This document shows, piece by piece, positions 24,541 through 36,644 of a stretch of 62,519 nt of DNA. Each line of letters starts with the position of its first letter. Position 1 is the stretch's first letter. A program made the translations under genes and the position numbers. The stretch is from Negaprion brevirostris (Eukaryota): assembly GCA_030324005.1 (NCBI GenBank), contig JARDVH010000193.1:99076511-99139029 (forward strand), given 5' to 3'. The notes under the pieces are model-generated. The model saw only the letters and a program-made list of their open reading frames with translations, was not told the origin of the DNA and searched no databases.

Positions 24541-24945
24541 GTCTGAAACCAAAAGATGAAATGTTGGAAAATCTCAGCAGGTTTGGCAGCATCTGTAAGG
24601 AGAGAAAAGAGCTGACATGTCATAGAACCTATGCAGTACAGAGAGAGGCCATTAGGCCCATCCAGTCTGCACTAACAACAATCCCACCCAGACCCTAACC
24701 CTGCAACCCCACATATTTACCCCCAATCCCTCTAACATACGCATCCCGGGCTACCAAGGCGGAATTTAACACAGCCAATNNNNNNNNNNNNNNNNNNNNN
24801 NNNNNNNNNNNNNNNNNNNNNNNNNNNNNNNNNNNNNNNNNNNNNNNNNNNNNNNNNNNNNNNNNNNNNNNNNNNNNNNTGGCAGCATCTGTAAGGAGAG
24901 AAAAGAGCTGACATTTTGAGTCCAGATGACCCTTTGTCAAACTTT
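24541..24945 (-). mobile_element. Penelope-type repeat family B fragment with SINE insertion
   Basis: tctgaaaccaaaagatgaaatgttggaaaatctcagcaggtttggcagcatctgtaaggagagaaaagagctgac…ttttgagtccagatgaccctttgtcaaa. Confidence 0.75.
24620..24779 (-). mobile_element. HE1 V-SINE 3' half (rest in gap)
   Basis: catagaacctatgcagtacagagagaggccattaggcccatc…aatttaacacagccaat. Confidence 0.9.
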
Positions 24946-26954
24946 TTGTAAGAGAAAATCGACCTATTTCCATGGAGAGAAAAATGCCATTTTTCTCACC
25001 AGAATGAACAGTCTACCATTTTCTTTGTTAAAATATTGTCCACTGTTGGAACTCCATTGTTTCAGTGTACAATAAAGACACACTAACGTGCTCAATATGC
25101 CTGCTGCAACAAAAGTAGGGACACAATGTCAAATCTTTGTCCACATCTGACCCTATATGAGCAGGCAACAGTTAGATTGTAATGGACAAGCTGAGCTGTA
25201 TGTCTTTCACTCAGTCCCTATATGATACAGATATAGTATTGAGCCATCTTTTCAACCTCTACAAAATACATACCAGAGAAATGATCCCAAGCGAGGATAA
25301 GAGCACACTTCTTGCACTGCACTATTTCAAGATTGTGATGTTGGCATGGGAACCATCAGTGTTATTTGGACATGTTTTCTTATTCCTTTTTAAAAATAAC
25401 AGGATTTTCCACATGTAAAAATCCTCTTGAGAAACAAAATTGCCGATAATATAGAATTGTTCTGCCTCTGATTCCATTCCTGCAAATGCTCTTTAAAATG
25501 CGAATGGATTCAATTGCTCCAATTTGAAATTTCTTCACCTATTGAATGACTTCACTTTGTTTATCTTTGTAATTGTTTCAAATCACAACTGTGTGGATAA
25601 TGCTTAAAATGCAAGTGGATCAATGTTCCTTAGATTAATAGCCCTTCCAAACGTCAACAGATTTTAGGCTTAGAAAAACAAATCACAAATAAGACACTGA
25701 TATTTCAAATGCATCCCATAGCTATAGCTAACATTATCCAAATATAATTCAGATTGTTGAGTATTTGATTTTTCTACCTATCTCTGTCCCAATGGTGCCA
25801 CCTATTTCAAAACAACACTATTTATCATATATTCCAGTTGTCTTTCGATGGTTCCACTGCTTAAGCCAAGTGCTGTTTACAAGGTTTTTTTCAATCACTA
25901 GTAATATAATTTTAGAAGGGGGAATAAATCTTTGTAAGGATTTGGCATGCTTGTAAGAGCCTGGTTCATTTATACAAATGGATGGTAATTTCCTGTTCAA
26001 CAAAAGGNNNNNNNNGTTGGAAAAAAAAACAGGAGTAGATCAAAATCTACTCAAAATCTCTTTTTCTTTCATTGAAGGTTCTTTTATACATTTTCATCAA
26101 AGGACATTTTTTATATTGATCCCCTGGGATTCCAACAATTCGAGGTTGAGAGACCTGAACCTGAGCATATTGTGTAGCTGTCCAAACCACAGATCAATGC
26201 CCAATAAATGTCTTTCCATTAAATGAGGAGACACTGGAAAGGTCCAAATCATCTTACGTTTTTCACTGATTCTATTCGTTTGTGTTCGCTGCATACGTTC
26301 AGTTCATTATTGCTCAGATTTAATAATTCATCCTCCTTATTGGCTGCTGTTAGAAGTGCTTTGTGACATTAAGTTGCAATTAAGAAGGTATTACCAACTG
26401 ATGTGTTGCTTAGAATTTTTCAATCCAGCTGAGGATATCCAAATATTTTGACATATGAGAATGTACCGATATCAGAGAATATTTGACAACCAGATTGTTT
26501 ACTGACCAAGATTGAGCTTTATGTGAGTAGATGACTTTTGGAGGTTTAAAATAATCTTTCTGTTTATTTAATGTCATAAAGAAATCACATTCTGGACTAA
26601 CCTTTGAGTGCTGAAAGGCGTTTTAAGCTTTTAAGACCTGAACATCATCTTCTGTAATATGTCAGCAAAGTAAAGTTTCTGTAAACTTCCTAAGCTGAGC
26701 ATTGCAAGATCAAATTAAAGACTGGTAAAAGAAAAGGATCAGAAGGCTGTTCTGTCTCTTCGGGGGCCTGTGTCCAAATCCAACCCAAATACATAGAACA
26801 TTAATTGTGGCTAAATTTGCAATTTTACTGCGATGTGAAATGGAAATGTCAACCCAATTCAGCAAAATGCTACCCTGTAAATGGTGCAAATCTGAGCTGA
26901 TATAGGATGGATCCACATCCATCTAATCAACGCCATACCTTTTAATTCACTGCC

Positions 26955-27270
26955 TGTTCTGAAAACACTGATGGTGGGCACATTCCCAAAATGTCATGAT
27001 AGGGACAATCCCAGAGTGCACCTACTCACAGTGGAGACTGTTCCAGAATACATTAACTTGTGGTGGGGGCTGTTCTAGAACATGTTAATTCGTGGTGGGG
27101 ACATTTCCAGAACACAACTCACACTGGGGACATTTCCAGAACACAACTCATGACAGCGACAATTCCAGCATACATTAACTCATGATGGGGAAAATTTTGG
27201 GACAGAGACTCATGGTGGGGACAGTTCTAGATCAGACTAACTCATCTCGAGGACAGTTCTAGAACACATG
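26955..27270. repeat. Degenerate minisatellite, about 28-32-bp unit, about 10-11 copies
   Basis: Recurrent unit approximately ggggacaNttcYagaacacattaactcatggt, directly adjacent with no unique spacers. Confidence 0.8.
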
Positions 27271-27724
27271 TTGGGCATGGCTCCTCTGCTGCTGAATAAT
27301 AGTTGGGATCTTACCCAAATAATCTCTGTTCAAATGCTGGATCTGGACAGTAATCGTGGGCAGGATTCTTCTTACTTATTCTTACAACAGGGATTGGGAT
27401 TGGGAATGGGGAAATAATGATTTTGATTTTCCACGCACTAAAGCCATTNNNNNNNNNNNNNNNNNNNNNNNNNNNNNNNNNNNNNNNNNNNNNNNNNNNN
27501 NNNNCTTAACATTTTCCTGATCTTTAGGGCTCGGGACAATCACAGATAGACTGTTTGTTCACTGAGGCATTAAGGGAGCTGCTAACTCATGTTTGATGTT
27601 CACATTGAGCAGAGAGTCTTCTGTTCCCAAAGAATTATTCCTCACCCTTGAGCAGCAGAAAATAAATTAGCAGAATGTAAAAGCACTTGAAACTTTAAAA
27701 CTGAGTATTGTTTGACTTAAAAAT

Positions 27725-27792
27725 TGCTACATTATTAACAGTGTAAAATGTCATATAAAAATATGACACTTTACACTGTTGATAATGTAGCA
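27725..27792. repeat. 68-nt near-perfect hairpin
   Basis: Arms 27725-27756 and 27761-27792 are complementary at 30/32 with loop AAAA. Confidence 0.9.
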
Positions 27793-28588
27793 CTTTTTGA
27801 CATATTTTCCTGTTAGTGGGAGCTACCAACGTAAACGAGTCAAACTACAATTACATCCTCTTACCAACAGAGGCACCACAGTGGCATCACAGCTGGAGGA
27901 TGTATTGACTGAGCAGGAATTTTACATAAGCAAGTTCCATTCTAAATATGGGCATCGGCGCTTGCAATAAACATACTTAAGGAAGGAGAGAACTTGCACA
28001 TTTGAAATGGAGACTGAAGATGGATTGATCTCCCTGATTTAATCTTTGTCATTGAACCTTGCTTTACCTGACATCTCTACTTGGTTATGGACCAGTAGAC
28101 ATAATATATAAATTTCTAGTCTCATCTTATAAGAATAAATTCTGTATTGCTGATGTTTCTTGATCAAGTTCTAAGAAGGTTTGTCACGTGAAATGCCAAA
28201 CCTACAAGGCTGTGGTGTGGGAGCTGGAGAGTTGGATAATCTTGCACAACATTTTATCAGTCAACATGGGTACAATGGAATCTTTCTGTGGTTCTGTATA
28301 ATTGCCCTTCCTCCAGCCCATATTGTATAAAAAATAGCACAAAGAACAAATTGCACCCCTTTGCAAACCAATTTGCAGTTTTGCGTCAACATCAAACCCA
28401 ACCATTATTCTGCCCATAGTTTGATTTCAGTAACAAAATGTTACTGCCATACACCTCAAGGGATTTCTATTTTATCATAGCTCACAAAGTCTGTGTTATC
28501 TTGTGACATATGATGCTCGACATATATGTGACATGGGTAAGGATGATTAGAGTTAATAAAGGTATTTTTTTTCTCTCGTGTCATATTT

Positions 28589-28895
28589 TCATAGAATCAC
28601 TACAGTACAGAAGGAGGCTATTTGGCCAATTGAGTCTGTACTGATCACAATCCCATCCAGGCCCTATTCCCATAACCCTCATTTACCCTGCTAATCCCCC
28701 TGACACGAGGGTCAATTTCGTATGGCCAATTGACCTAACCTGTACAGCCTGGGCCTGTGGGAGGAAACCAGAGTACCTGGAAGAAACCCATGCAGACACA
28801 GAGAAAAAGTGCAAATTCCACAAAAACTCCTGAGGCTAGAATTGAACCTGGGTTCCTGGCACTGTGAGGCAGTAGTGCTAACTACAGTGCCACCA
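28589..28895 (-). mobile_element. HE1 V-SINE, full length
   Basis: Reverse complement of 22196-22519 type, from catagaatcactacagtacagaaggagg to gtgctaactacagtgccacc. Confidence 0.95.
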
Positions 28896-29204
28896 CACAT
28901 TGAAAGGGGATGATTCACCAAACAAAATGCTAGCTTTACCCATGGTGCTGATTCATAAAACATAAACTGTAACTCTTAGAATTTTCTGATTTTGTTTCAG
29001 ATCACTCAGCTATTTTGCTGATTGCAGAACCAGTCAAATGATGCTGCATTTCAATGCAGTTCAACAAGGAACCACCTATTGTTCTCCAGTTCCATTTAAC
29101 TGCCATTTTCAACAAGCATCAATATGCAATATAATTATTGCACTGTCTCTGATTTTTTTCCTGTAATGCATCGCAGTAAATTGTTTGTGTGGGATATATC
29201 TTAC

Positions 29205-29352
29205 TTTAAAGTTTATTTATTAGTCACAAGTATGGCTTACATTAACACTGCAATGAAGTTGCTGTGAAATTCTCCTCGTCACCACACTCCAGCGCCTGGT
29301 TGGGTCAATGTGCTTAACCAGCATGTCTTTCAGACTGTGGGAAGAAATCGGA
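29205..29352 (-). mobile_element. HE1-like V-SINE, alternative-tail subfamily, 3' fragment
   Basis: aaagtttatttattagtcacaagtatggcttacattaacactgcaatgaagttgctgtgaaa…tctttcagactgtgggaagaaa. Confidence 0.85.
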
Positions 29353-30429
29353 ATCTGAGCTGCTGTGAGGAATGTGGTAAATATTCCCATAATCGTCAGC
29401 CTATGCAAGAATGCTAATTCAGAGGTGCAGCAGTGACAATTTATTTTTCATTACTCTGACTGTACAAAGAGTTCCTGCAGATTATTATGTTTTCTCATTA
29501 CAATAAGAACTTTATCCATTATATAATTAAGCGTGTAAGCAGTGAGGAAGTAGGAAGATGGCTCTGTGTCACCTGAGATTCTTTTTTAGTCATGCAGAAA
29601 TATTAATTAAATTTATTTGTCTTCCAAAGATCTCCTTCTTGATATTATTTGAACTCGCAGCGATGTTTTGACTGATTTTGTGAGTCCATGTACGATACTT
29701 GAGGTTGCTTTATTGGAACAGCTTGAATTGATTCATGTTTAATTATAGCACAGAACATTGTTTAATCAGCATCTTCTCCAACTTAATATATGCTTGCAGG
29801 AGAATTTTTACCTGATCCACCAATGAACCAGTGGCTGAGTAGCTAAATACCCAGAGTGACATACCACCTGCTTCATTCCGATCCTGGCTTTTAACTTGTT
29901 CCTCTGGGCAGGCAGCAAAGAGCAGTGAGGGTCTTTCTTTAAAGATGCAGATTAGATGCAGTGATGCCCCCAAGCCCTAATTGAAGCAAACTGGGAGACA
30001 ACTGAGACATGATGAAAGTTTGCAAAGGAATATTTTACTTTCTAATTTGGAGCCGAGAAGGGTGGGACAAACCAACTTTAGGCCTTCTCTGACTCATACT
30101 CACCCATGCCCTCATGCAAAACCTACTTCCCAAAATTTATTTACATGTTGGCAGGTAATCATGAGCTGTCCAGTTGAGATGAGGCACTTCCTACCTGACC
30201 AATGACATCAGAATCAAGTCAAAATTATTTTGCAGGACAACTACACAGCATTAAATTAATCCTTTAGTTTCAAATAGAATGCCCCATAACTGATAAGATG
30301 CTTTGAAATCAAAGATACATGTTATATCATGGAATATCCAGTAATCATCTGAACAGCGGTTTGTATAGCATTACACTCCAGGGATTGGATATGAAAGATA
30401 CCGACAATATAACACAGCCAAATCTTAGC

Positions 30430-30660
30430 TGTATGATATGGTGTGGAGATGCATGTATGAAATGGTGTGGAGATGCAAGTGTTGGATTGGGGTAAACACA
30501 GTAAGAAGTCTCACAACACCAGGTTAAAGTCCAGCAGGTTTATTTCATAGCAAAAGCCACTAGCTTTCAGACCGCTGCCCCTTCATCAGCGCTCTGAAAG
30601 CTAATGGCTTTTGCTGCCAAATAAACCTGTTGGAATTTAACCTGGTGTTGTGAGAATTGT
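30430..30660 (-). mobile_element. Palindromic Penelope-type repeat (family A) with hammerhead-like core
   Basis: About 61-bp inverted arms 30511-30571 / 30593-30653. Minus strand 30558-30589 reads CUGAUGA-A-GGGGC-AGC-GGUCU-GAAA-GC-UA-GUG. 24-bp tandem duplication at 30430-30477. Confidence 0.8.
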
Positions 30661-31904
30661 TGTTGTGTATATGATCCAGATTTCCTAAGAAAATACAACA
30701 AAAGATTATTGTGAAAAAAATTGTGTCCTTAAAATCATGGAAAGTGAATAAGGAGCTATTAGTTTCCACAAATAATAGCTTGCATAAATTAAAACCGAGG
30801 TCATTGATTCAGATGAAAGATGCTTGACTTTTATAAAAGGCTCCACCCTGCAAATATCTGACCACAATTACACATTCCAACTGAAACAACTGGGATGCGG
30901 TACAAATATTGACAGCATATCAATAGCATACTGTTGAAGTCGAAGAGATGCCGGTGGGGAGTTGGCAGTTGTGCCATGGATGCCTGTGCGAGTCACATCC
31001 ATGGTAAAATTGAGGCTCTGTATCCGAAGATGAAATCTCTGCCAATGAACTAAATGCAATGGATTCATCTCTTGGATCAGATTCCGTTTATTAACTACTT
31101 GGCATCATGAATCCCATTATATAGTCATTGCCTTTTAATTCCCTCCCTAATGGATAGAGTGCATTCAGCCACACACACTTGTCACTGGTGGATCATTCAC
31201 CTAGAGATGGATGGGAGTTACAGACTTTATTCTCTTTTATTCTATTTACAGTTAATTTGGAGGAAAAAGTGATTAATTTTTAAATAGTTTTCTGTGATCT
31301 AGCTCTTGGAACTTCAACCATATCAACAATCAGGGGGAAATCAATCCCAAAACATGAATCGTTTTGCATAAGAAGTTCTAGTCAAAACACATGATTGTGT
31401 CATAGCACCTATATTTTGGATTTACAAGGGCAAATTTGGCTTCAAAATGGTGGCCACAGTACAAACATATATTTCTGGTGCTGGCCACCCTGGATGTGAT
31501 TGTGGTAAAGGCATTAACACAAATACAGGGAGTGTACACTCGAAGTATGCAGCATAGGTAGATTGTGGGGTCCGTTAGCATGTAACGCTGATTTGCAGCC
31601 AGTGCGACTGTTTTAGACCTGAATGCTCCAGCTGAAGTCTCAATAGCTGAATGTGTGTCCAGCCGCAGGGAATACCGCCATCCCCATCACTACCACCTAT
31701 TCAAGGGAATCACCAACAACTTTCATGTTAGTNNNGTAGCTGATTAATTTCCACTGCTGCTACTAAAGTGGTAGGAGTGCACTGCTGGTTAAAGTTGCTG
31801 AAATCGACACCAAGCTACGTGACCCATAGTGAAGGCCTAAGTTCTGACTTCTGGGGGTGGGGAGGACTTTCCTGTCCTGCCTGCCACGAAAATCAAGTAG
31901 TGTT

Positions 31905-32465
31905 TAACTTGGAGGAGTATTGATTCATAAGCTGAGCAGGGAGGGTACATGGTAATCAGCAGGAGGTTTCCTTGTCCATGTTTGACCAGGTGCCATTAGA
32001 CTTCATGATGTCGAGAATCAATGTTGAGATCTCCCAGGGCAACTCCCTCCTGTCTGTGTCCAATGTGTCTCCACCCTGTTTGCAGGATAAGAAGTCTCAC
32101 AACAGCAGGTTAAAGTCCGACAGGTGTGTTTGGTGTCATGAACTTTGAGAGCACTGCTCCTTAATCAGATGAGTCACTTGATGAATGAGCAGTCCTCAGA
32201 AAGCTCTTACCAAATAAACCTGTTGGACTTTAACCTAATATTGTGAGACTTCTTACTGTGCCTATCCAGTCCAACGCCGGCATTTCCACATCATGTTTGC
32301 AGGGATGGTGATGCTGGTGTCTGGGATATAATCTGTAATGTGTGACTGCATGACTATGACTCCATCAGATTATTGATTGACTAGTCTGTGAGACAGCTTT
32401 CCCTATTTTGGCATAAGCCCCCAGATGTTAGTTAGGGAGGACTTTACTGGTTAGTCAGGGCTGGG
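31905..32465 (-). mobile_element. CR1/L2-group LINE APE endonuclease region remnant
   Basis: Minus-strand decayed peptide pieces: SLTNIWGLMPKIG, EGVALGDLNIDS, WHLVKHGQGNLLLITMYPPCSAYESILLQV (APE N-terminal motifs). Confidence 0.75.
32087..32293 (+). mobile_element. Complete 207-bp palindromic Penelope-type insertion (family A) with two opposed hammerhead-like cores
   Basis: Exact 10-bp TSD tgtttgcagg (32077-32086, 32294-32303). Inverted arms 32088-32171 / 32175-32255. Unpaired 38-nt 3' extension. Confidence 0.85.
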
Positions 32466-32597
32466 ATTTCCAATGTCATTTCTGGTGCCTAGGTTGATGC
32501 TGAGTGTTTCATCCAATTTCATTCCTTTAGTCTTATTTGGCATTGAGAAGAATGAGAGTCGTTCTTCTTAATTCCTTCAGCACTTCATAAGTAAAAG

Positions 32598-32890
32598 CTG
32601 GAGAGTCTGGAACTAGGGACTCAGAATAAGGTGTCAGCCACTTAGAGTTAAGGAAAGATCTCTTCAAGCTCCGCTGGCTATCAACCTTTTAGAGTTCCCT
32701 ACCCCAGAGAGCTCAGCAAGCTCAGTTGATAAGTAAGTTCATGACAGAGACTAATAGATTCTGGTTCTCTCAGGAAATCAAGGTGATAGGGCAAAAAAGT
32801 GGAGTCGATATATTCAACCACAGTCTTACATGGTGATGATGTAGTTTTGATACCCATTTGGCCTACCCCTGCTCCTGTTTCTTATGAATG
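32598..32890 (+). mobile_element. Old CR1 3' UTR fragment
   Basis: ggagagtctggaactaggga…gacagagactaatagattctgg…tggcctacccctgctcctgtttcttatg. Confidence 0.7.
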
Positions 32891-33156
32891 CTCGCTTGCC
32901 AGTTTGTACAACTTTCCAGCAACTCTGTACTGTATTAAATATAGGGTCACCTGGAAATGGGTTAGCATGTATGGCGGGGGGTGGGGGGGAATGGGCATGC
33001 TGAAAAATCTTGGGTGCCATTTCTGGTGCCAACTTGCCATCTCTCCTGCAATTTTGCCAGTAATAGGAGAAGTGTTGGGAAGCTCAATTGCCCGTGGGCC
33101 AATAGAAGTCATTAAGTAGTCAGTTAATAGTCACTTAAGAGTCCCTTATCTTTTCA

Positions 33157-33590
33157 TGAGAATGATCCCAAGAATGAAAAGCTTGACAAAAGAGGAGCAT
33201 CAAGGATGAGGGGGATCTCATTGAAACTTACACAATATTGAAAGGCCTCGATAGAGTGAAACTGGGAAAGATGTTTCAATTAGTCGGTGAGATCAGAATC
33301 TGAGTGCACAGTCTCAGAATAAAGGGATGCCTCTTTGGAACCAAGATGAGGAGGAATTTCGTTAACCAGAGGTTGGTGAACCAGTATAATTTATTGCCAC
33401 AGAAAGCTATGGAAGCCAGGTCATTGAGTACATTTCAGACAGAAATAGATAGGTTCTTGATTGGTAAGGGGATCAAAGGTTAAGGGGAAAAAATAGCCAG
33501 AAAATGGGGTTGAAAAACTTATCAGCCATGATTGAATGTCAGAGCAGACTCAAATGGGCCAAATAGCCTAATTCCGTTATGATATCTTAT
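33157..33590 (+). mobile_element. CR1 ORF2 end plus 3' UTR
   Basis: aggatgagggggatctcattgaaacttacacaatattgaaaggcctcgatagagtg (RMRGDLIETYTILKGLDRV)…atgggccaaatagcctaattcc. Confidence 0.9.
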
Positions 33591-36500
33591 ACCTCCTGCC
33601 ACTGGGGTTTTACCTGTGGCAGGAGAGGCCCATGTCAAGTATTCAGCTCAGCAGTTATAAAGTGTGTTGAGGGGTTGGATGGAATGCCTCCTTTACAGGC
33701 ACCCTCTATCCATTTGAGTCCCCACTCTTGCAGGTCTTTCCATCCATGCCTTACCTCTCACACCCTGCCCTTTCCACCCAACCCCCTCAGCCCTGCCTCT
33801 CAGGGGCCTACCAGTCTGTCCTCAGTGAGACCACTGACTTACGTTGAAGTCTGGACTCCAACACAGCATGCCTTCTTCAGATCTGGTTGCAGCCCCAGCA
33901 GTGGTTACTGTCCCTGATGGCCCTGCTGGGACCAGAGAGATGCTGGCAGGTAAGTAGCTACAGGGTGAGTCAGCCAAATGAAAGCAGGCTCACCGCTGAA
34001 CAGTCACAGAGTGGGACTTNNNNNNNNNNNNNNNNNNNNNNNNNNNNNNNNNNNNNNNNNNNNNNNNNNNNNNNNNNNNNNNNNNNNNNNNNNNNNNNNN
34101 NNNNNNNNNNNNNNNNNNNNNNNNNNNNNNNNNNNNNNNNNNNNNNNNNNNNNNNNNNNNNNNNNNNNNNNNNNNNNNNNNNNNNNNNNNNNNNNNNNNN
34201 NNNNNNNNNAGCAGATCTATGCAACCGCAGGTATCTGGAATTCTTTACAGTAACTTGAAGAAACAAGCAGTCAAGTTGCACATTACTGGCCTGTGATGCT
34301 GTGTGTTAGAACAATGCAAAAATGGACTACGCTTCCTTTTTTGTAACTTCTAGATCTTTGACCTGCCATGGAAAAATGCCATGCAGAGGAGAAAAATGTC
34401 CTTTGAGAAGTAAAATGGAATCACTGAGGCAGAGTCCACCTAAGTTGCCTTTTATGAAGTGTCTAGTACTGAGTGCCATTTGCAATGCTTTGCAAAGGAG
34501 TCTGCCTGCTTTGGCCTCCTAAGCCAGAAAATGGCAAGCGGCACTAGGTAAAGATACCTTGGAATATAGCAGTAAATGATATACTAATGAAGACTATCTT
34601 CAGGCTGCAATGGTACAGCATTAGGTGTTGTGCAATACATCTTGAAATGTTTTGCGCTGGATTGAGAATATTGCTCCTAGCAAAATGAATGATATCAAAC
34701 CTGTACATATGTCTTATGACTGGAGAAGAGTTTGTAGTTCATCCACTCAAACTGAAGTTTTATGAAATCTCCATGCACTTCCGCAGCTGGGCTAGTTTTC
34801 TCTTACTTTCATATTTCATTTGAACTGTAAGAGGGTACTTCTGATATCACATGATTTCTAAATATCAAGTGTCTGTCTTATCCTATCTTCAGGACTTTCA
34901 CACCGTTAATTCGTGTCTCCTAATTGAGCTGAAGAATTATGCCGGAGGGAATGTGATACATCTGCTTTTGTAACTGGTGGAGCAGGTGGCTGTTGAGGGT
35001 GGAGAAGTTCACGTGATATTATCTTCAAGTGGTACCTTTACTTGACTCGAAGTGCAATTTGGTTTTATAAATATTATGTCAAGTTGAAACATTCCTTTGT
35101 TCAACATTTAACACAGAGACATTTCTTCTGATGGGATTTTTGTTTCCGGGGGAATTATATCTCAGTGGAAGTGCGGATTTTATGGAGGCCGCAAGGGCGG
35201 GAATGGTGATCAATTAGATGGGAGCCAAAATTTTGCTTTCCCTACAGCTGGATCATTTTTCGTGATTAACTCCAACATGTATTAGTGGTGGATCAGGCCT
35301 CATGCTATCCCATGGTGATTTTCCACTTGTTATGTATTTATGTAATTACATCTTATCTTCATGATAAAGTGAGTGGCACACGAGAACCCCTATGGCACCA
35401 GCTTCATGTTAGTTTAAAGGGGAAAAGGGGATATGCAACGGTTGGCTTTTTGCAGTTTATGTCTGAGGTTAATGGGTTTTCTTGTTGAGTTCTGCAGAAC
35501 AAAGGAGGGGGACAGGAGAATGGCAGCTTGCGTGGAGACTGAAGACCAGCAAGGGTTTTTCAGTGCTTGATGGGGTAGCAGGCAGTGGAGTGGAAGGGGA
35601 TCCAAAGGAGCAGAGAGGGTAAGACTGCAGAAATGGAAGAGTGAAAGAGGAAGAACCTGGCATCCTGGGTATGGTGGGAGTTAAAGGGAAAAATGGGGAA
35701 TTGAAAGAGCAATGTAAGTAATTGTATTGACTTCAACGAGACCCATAAGGTTGGCCTCTTGGAGTATGAACTCCCTGGTTGATTGGGCAAACAATTACAA
35801 CCTCAAGGAGCCCCACAGATATAATATGGGAGTTTCAGGTCCACTGGCACTACTGATTCTGACTGTGTACCTGAAGCATTCTAGGAATAGAGTTTGTAAA
35901 GAAAAGGAATCTGGTGAAGGTATACCAGCCTCAGAGGAGTTATTTCAGTATGGGTCACTTGCAGGATGTTGGCCAACAATGTGGTGTGCTTTTAGTTCTA
36001 TGATTTGGTTAGACTCAACAAACACCAATGATGCCAAAATGAACAGAGTGAAACCAATGCGATGTGAATTTTAAATTTAAAAAATACCTGTGCCACCATT
36101 TTACTTTTAATAAAGTTCATGGATTTATGTTAATGGCAATGGATTTGGGTATACACATTGTGGCCTTGATGCAAAGCTTCTCTGCTGGTTCAGATTGCTC
36201 CTTTATAGCCTGCCTATATCTGCCACATTGTCAGTTAACTGTGAACTTCACCACTGAAAAGTTTCCCTCATTGCACACGATGCCTGAGCATTCCATGCAT
36301 ACTTGAAATTTTAATTGGAATTACGTGAGAACTAGCAAAATGCAAGGGACAGAGTGATTCCCACTTCATGTTGTTTTGCTAGGCACAGTGCACCAATTCC
36401 TTGCATAGTTTCTTAGGATTTAAAAAATAAAGTTATCGTGTTTAAAATGAGTTTAGCTGTGTGCTGGAAATACAGAGCTGTAACACTCATGGGAGATGGT

Positions 36501-36644
36501 TTATTATTTGTTTACGTGCTAATTTGGTGATCCGAATATCTTGGAAAGCTGTGGCACAAAAATCATTACCTAAGTTCCTTACTGAAGCAGCTATATTACA
36601 ATCACAAATTGGGTTAAATAGCTAACATTTGCATTTGATTCCAA

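Larger units (their letters stand above)
24075..25082. repeat. 121-bp inverted repeat (arms 24075-24195 and 24962-25082)
   Basis: Manual ungapped alignment of arm 1 with the reverse complement of arm 2 gives 110/121 identical. Confidence 0.9.

Noticed and set aside
24584-24914. 35-bp exact duplication (tggcagcatctgtaaggagagaaaagagctgacat) around the HE1 insertion, suggesting an unusually long TSD
   Set aside because: The second copy begins exactly at a 100-N gap edge. It could be an assembly overlap or two haplotypes (with and without the SINE) and cannot be resolved without reads.
26955-27270. ~30-bp periodic array resembling a CRISPR locus
   Set aside because: Units are contiguous and degenerate with no unique spacers, no cas genes, and the context is eukaryotic.
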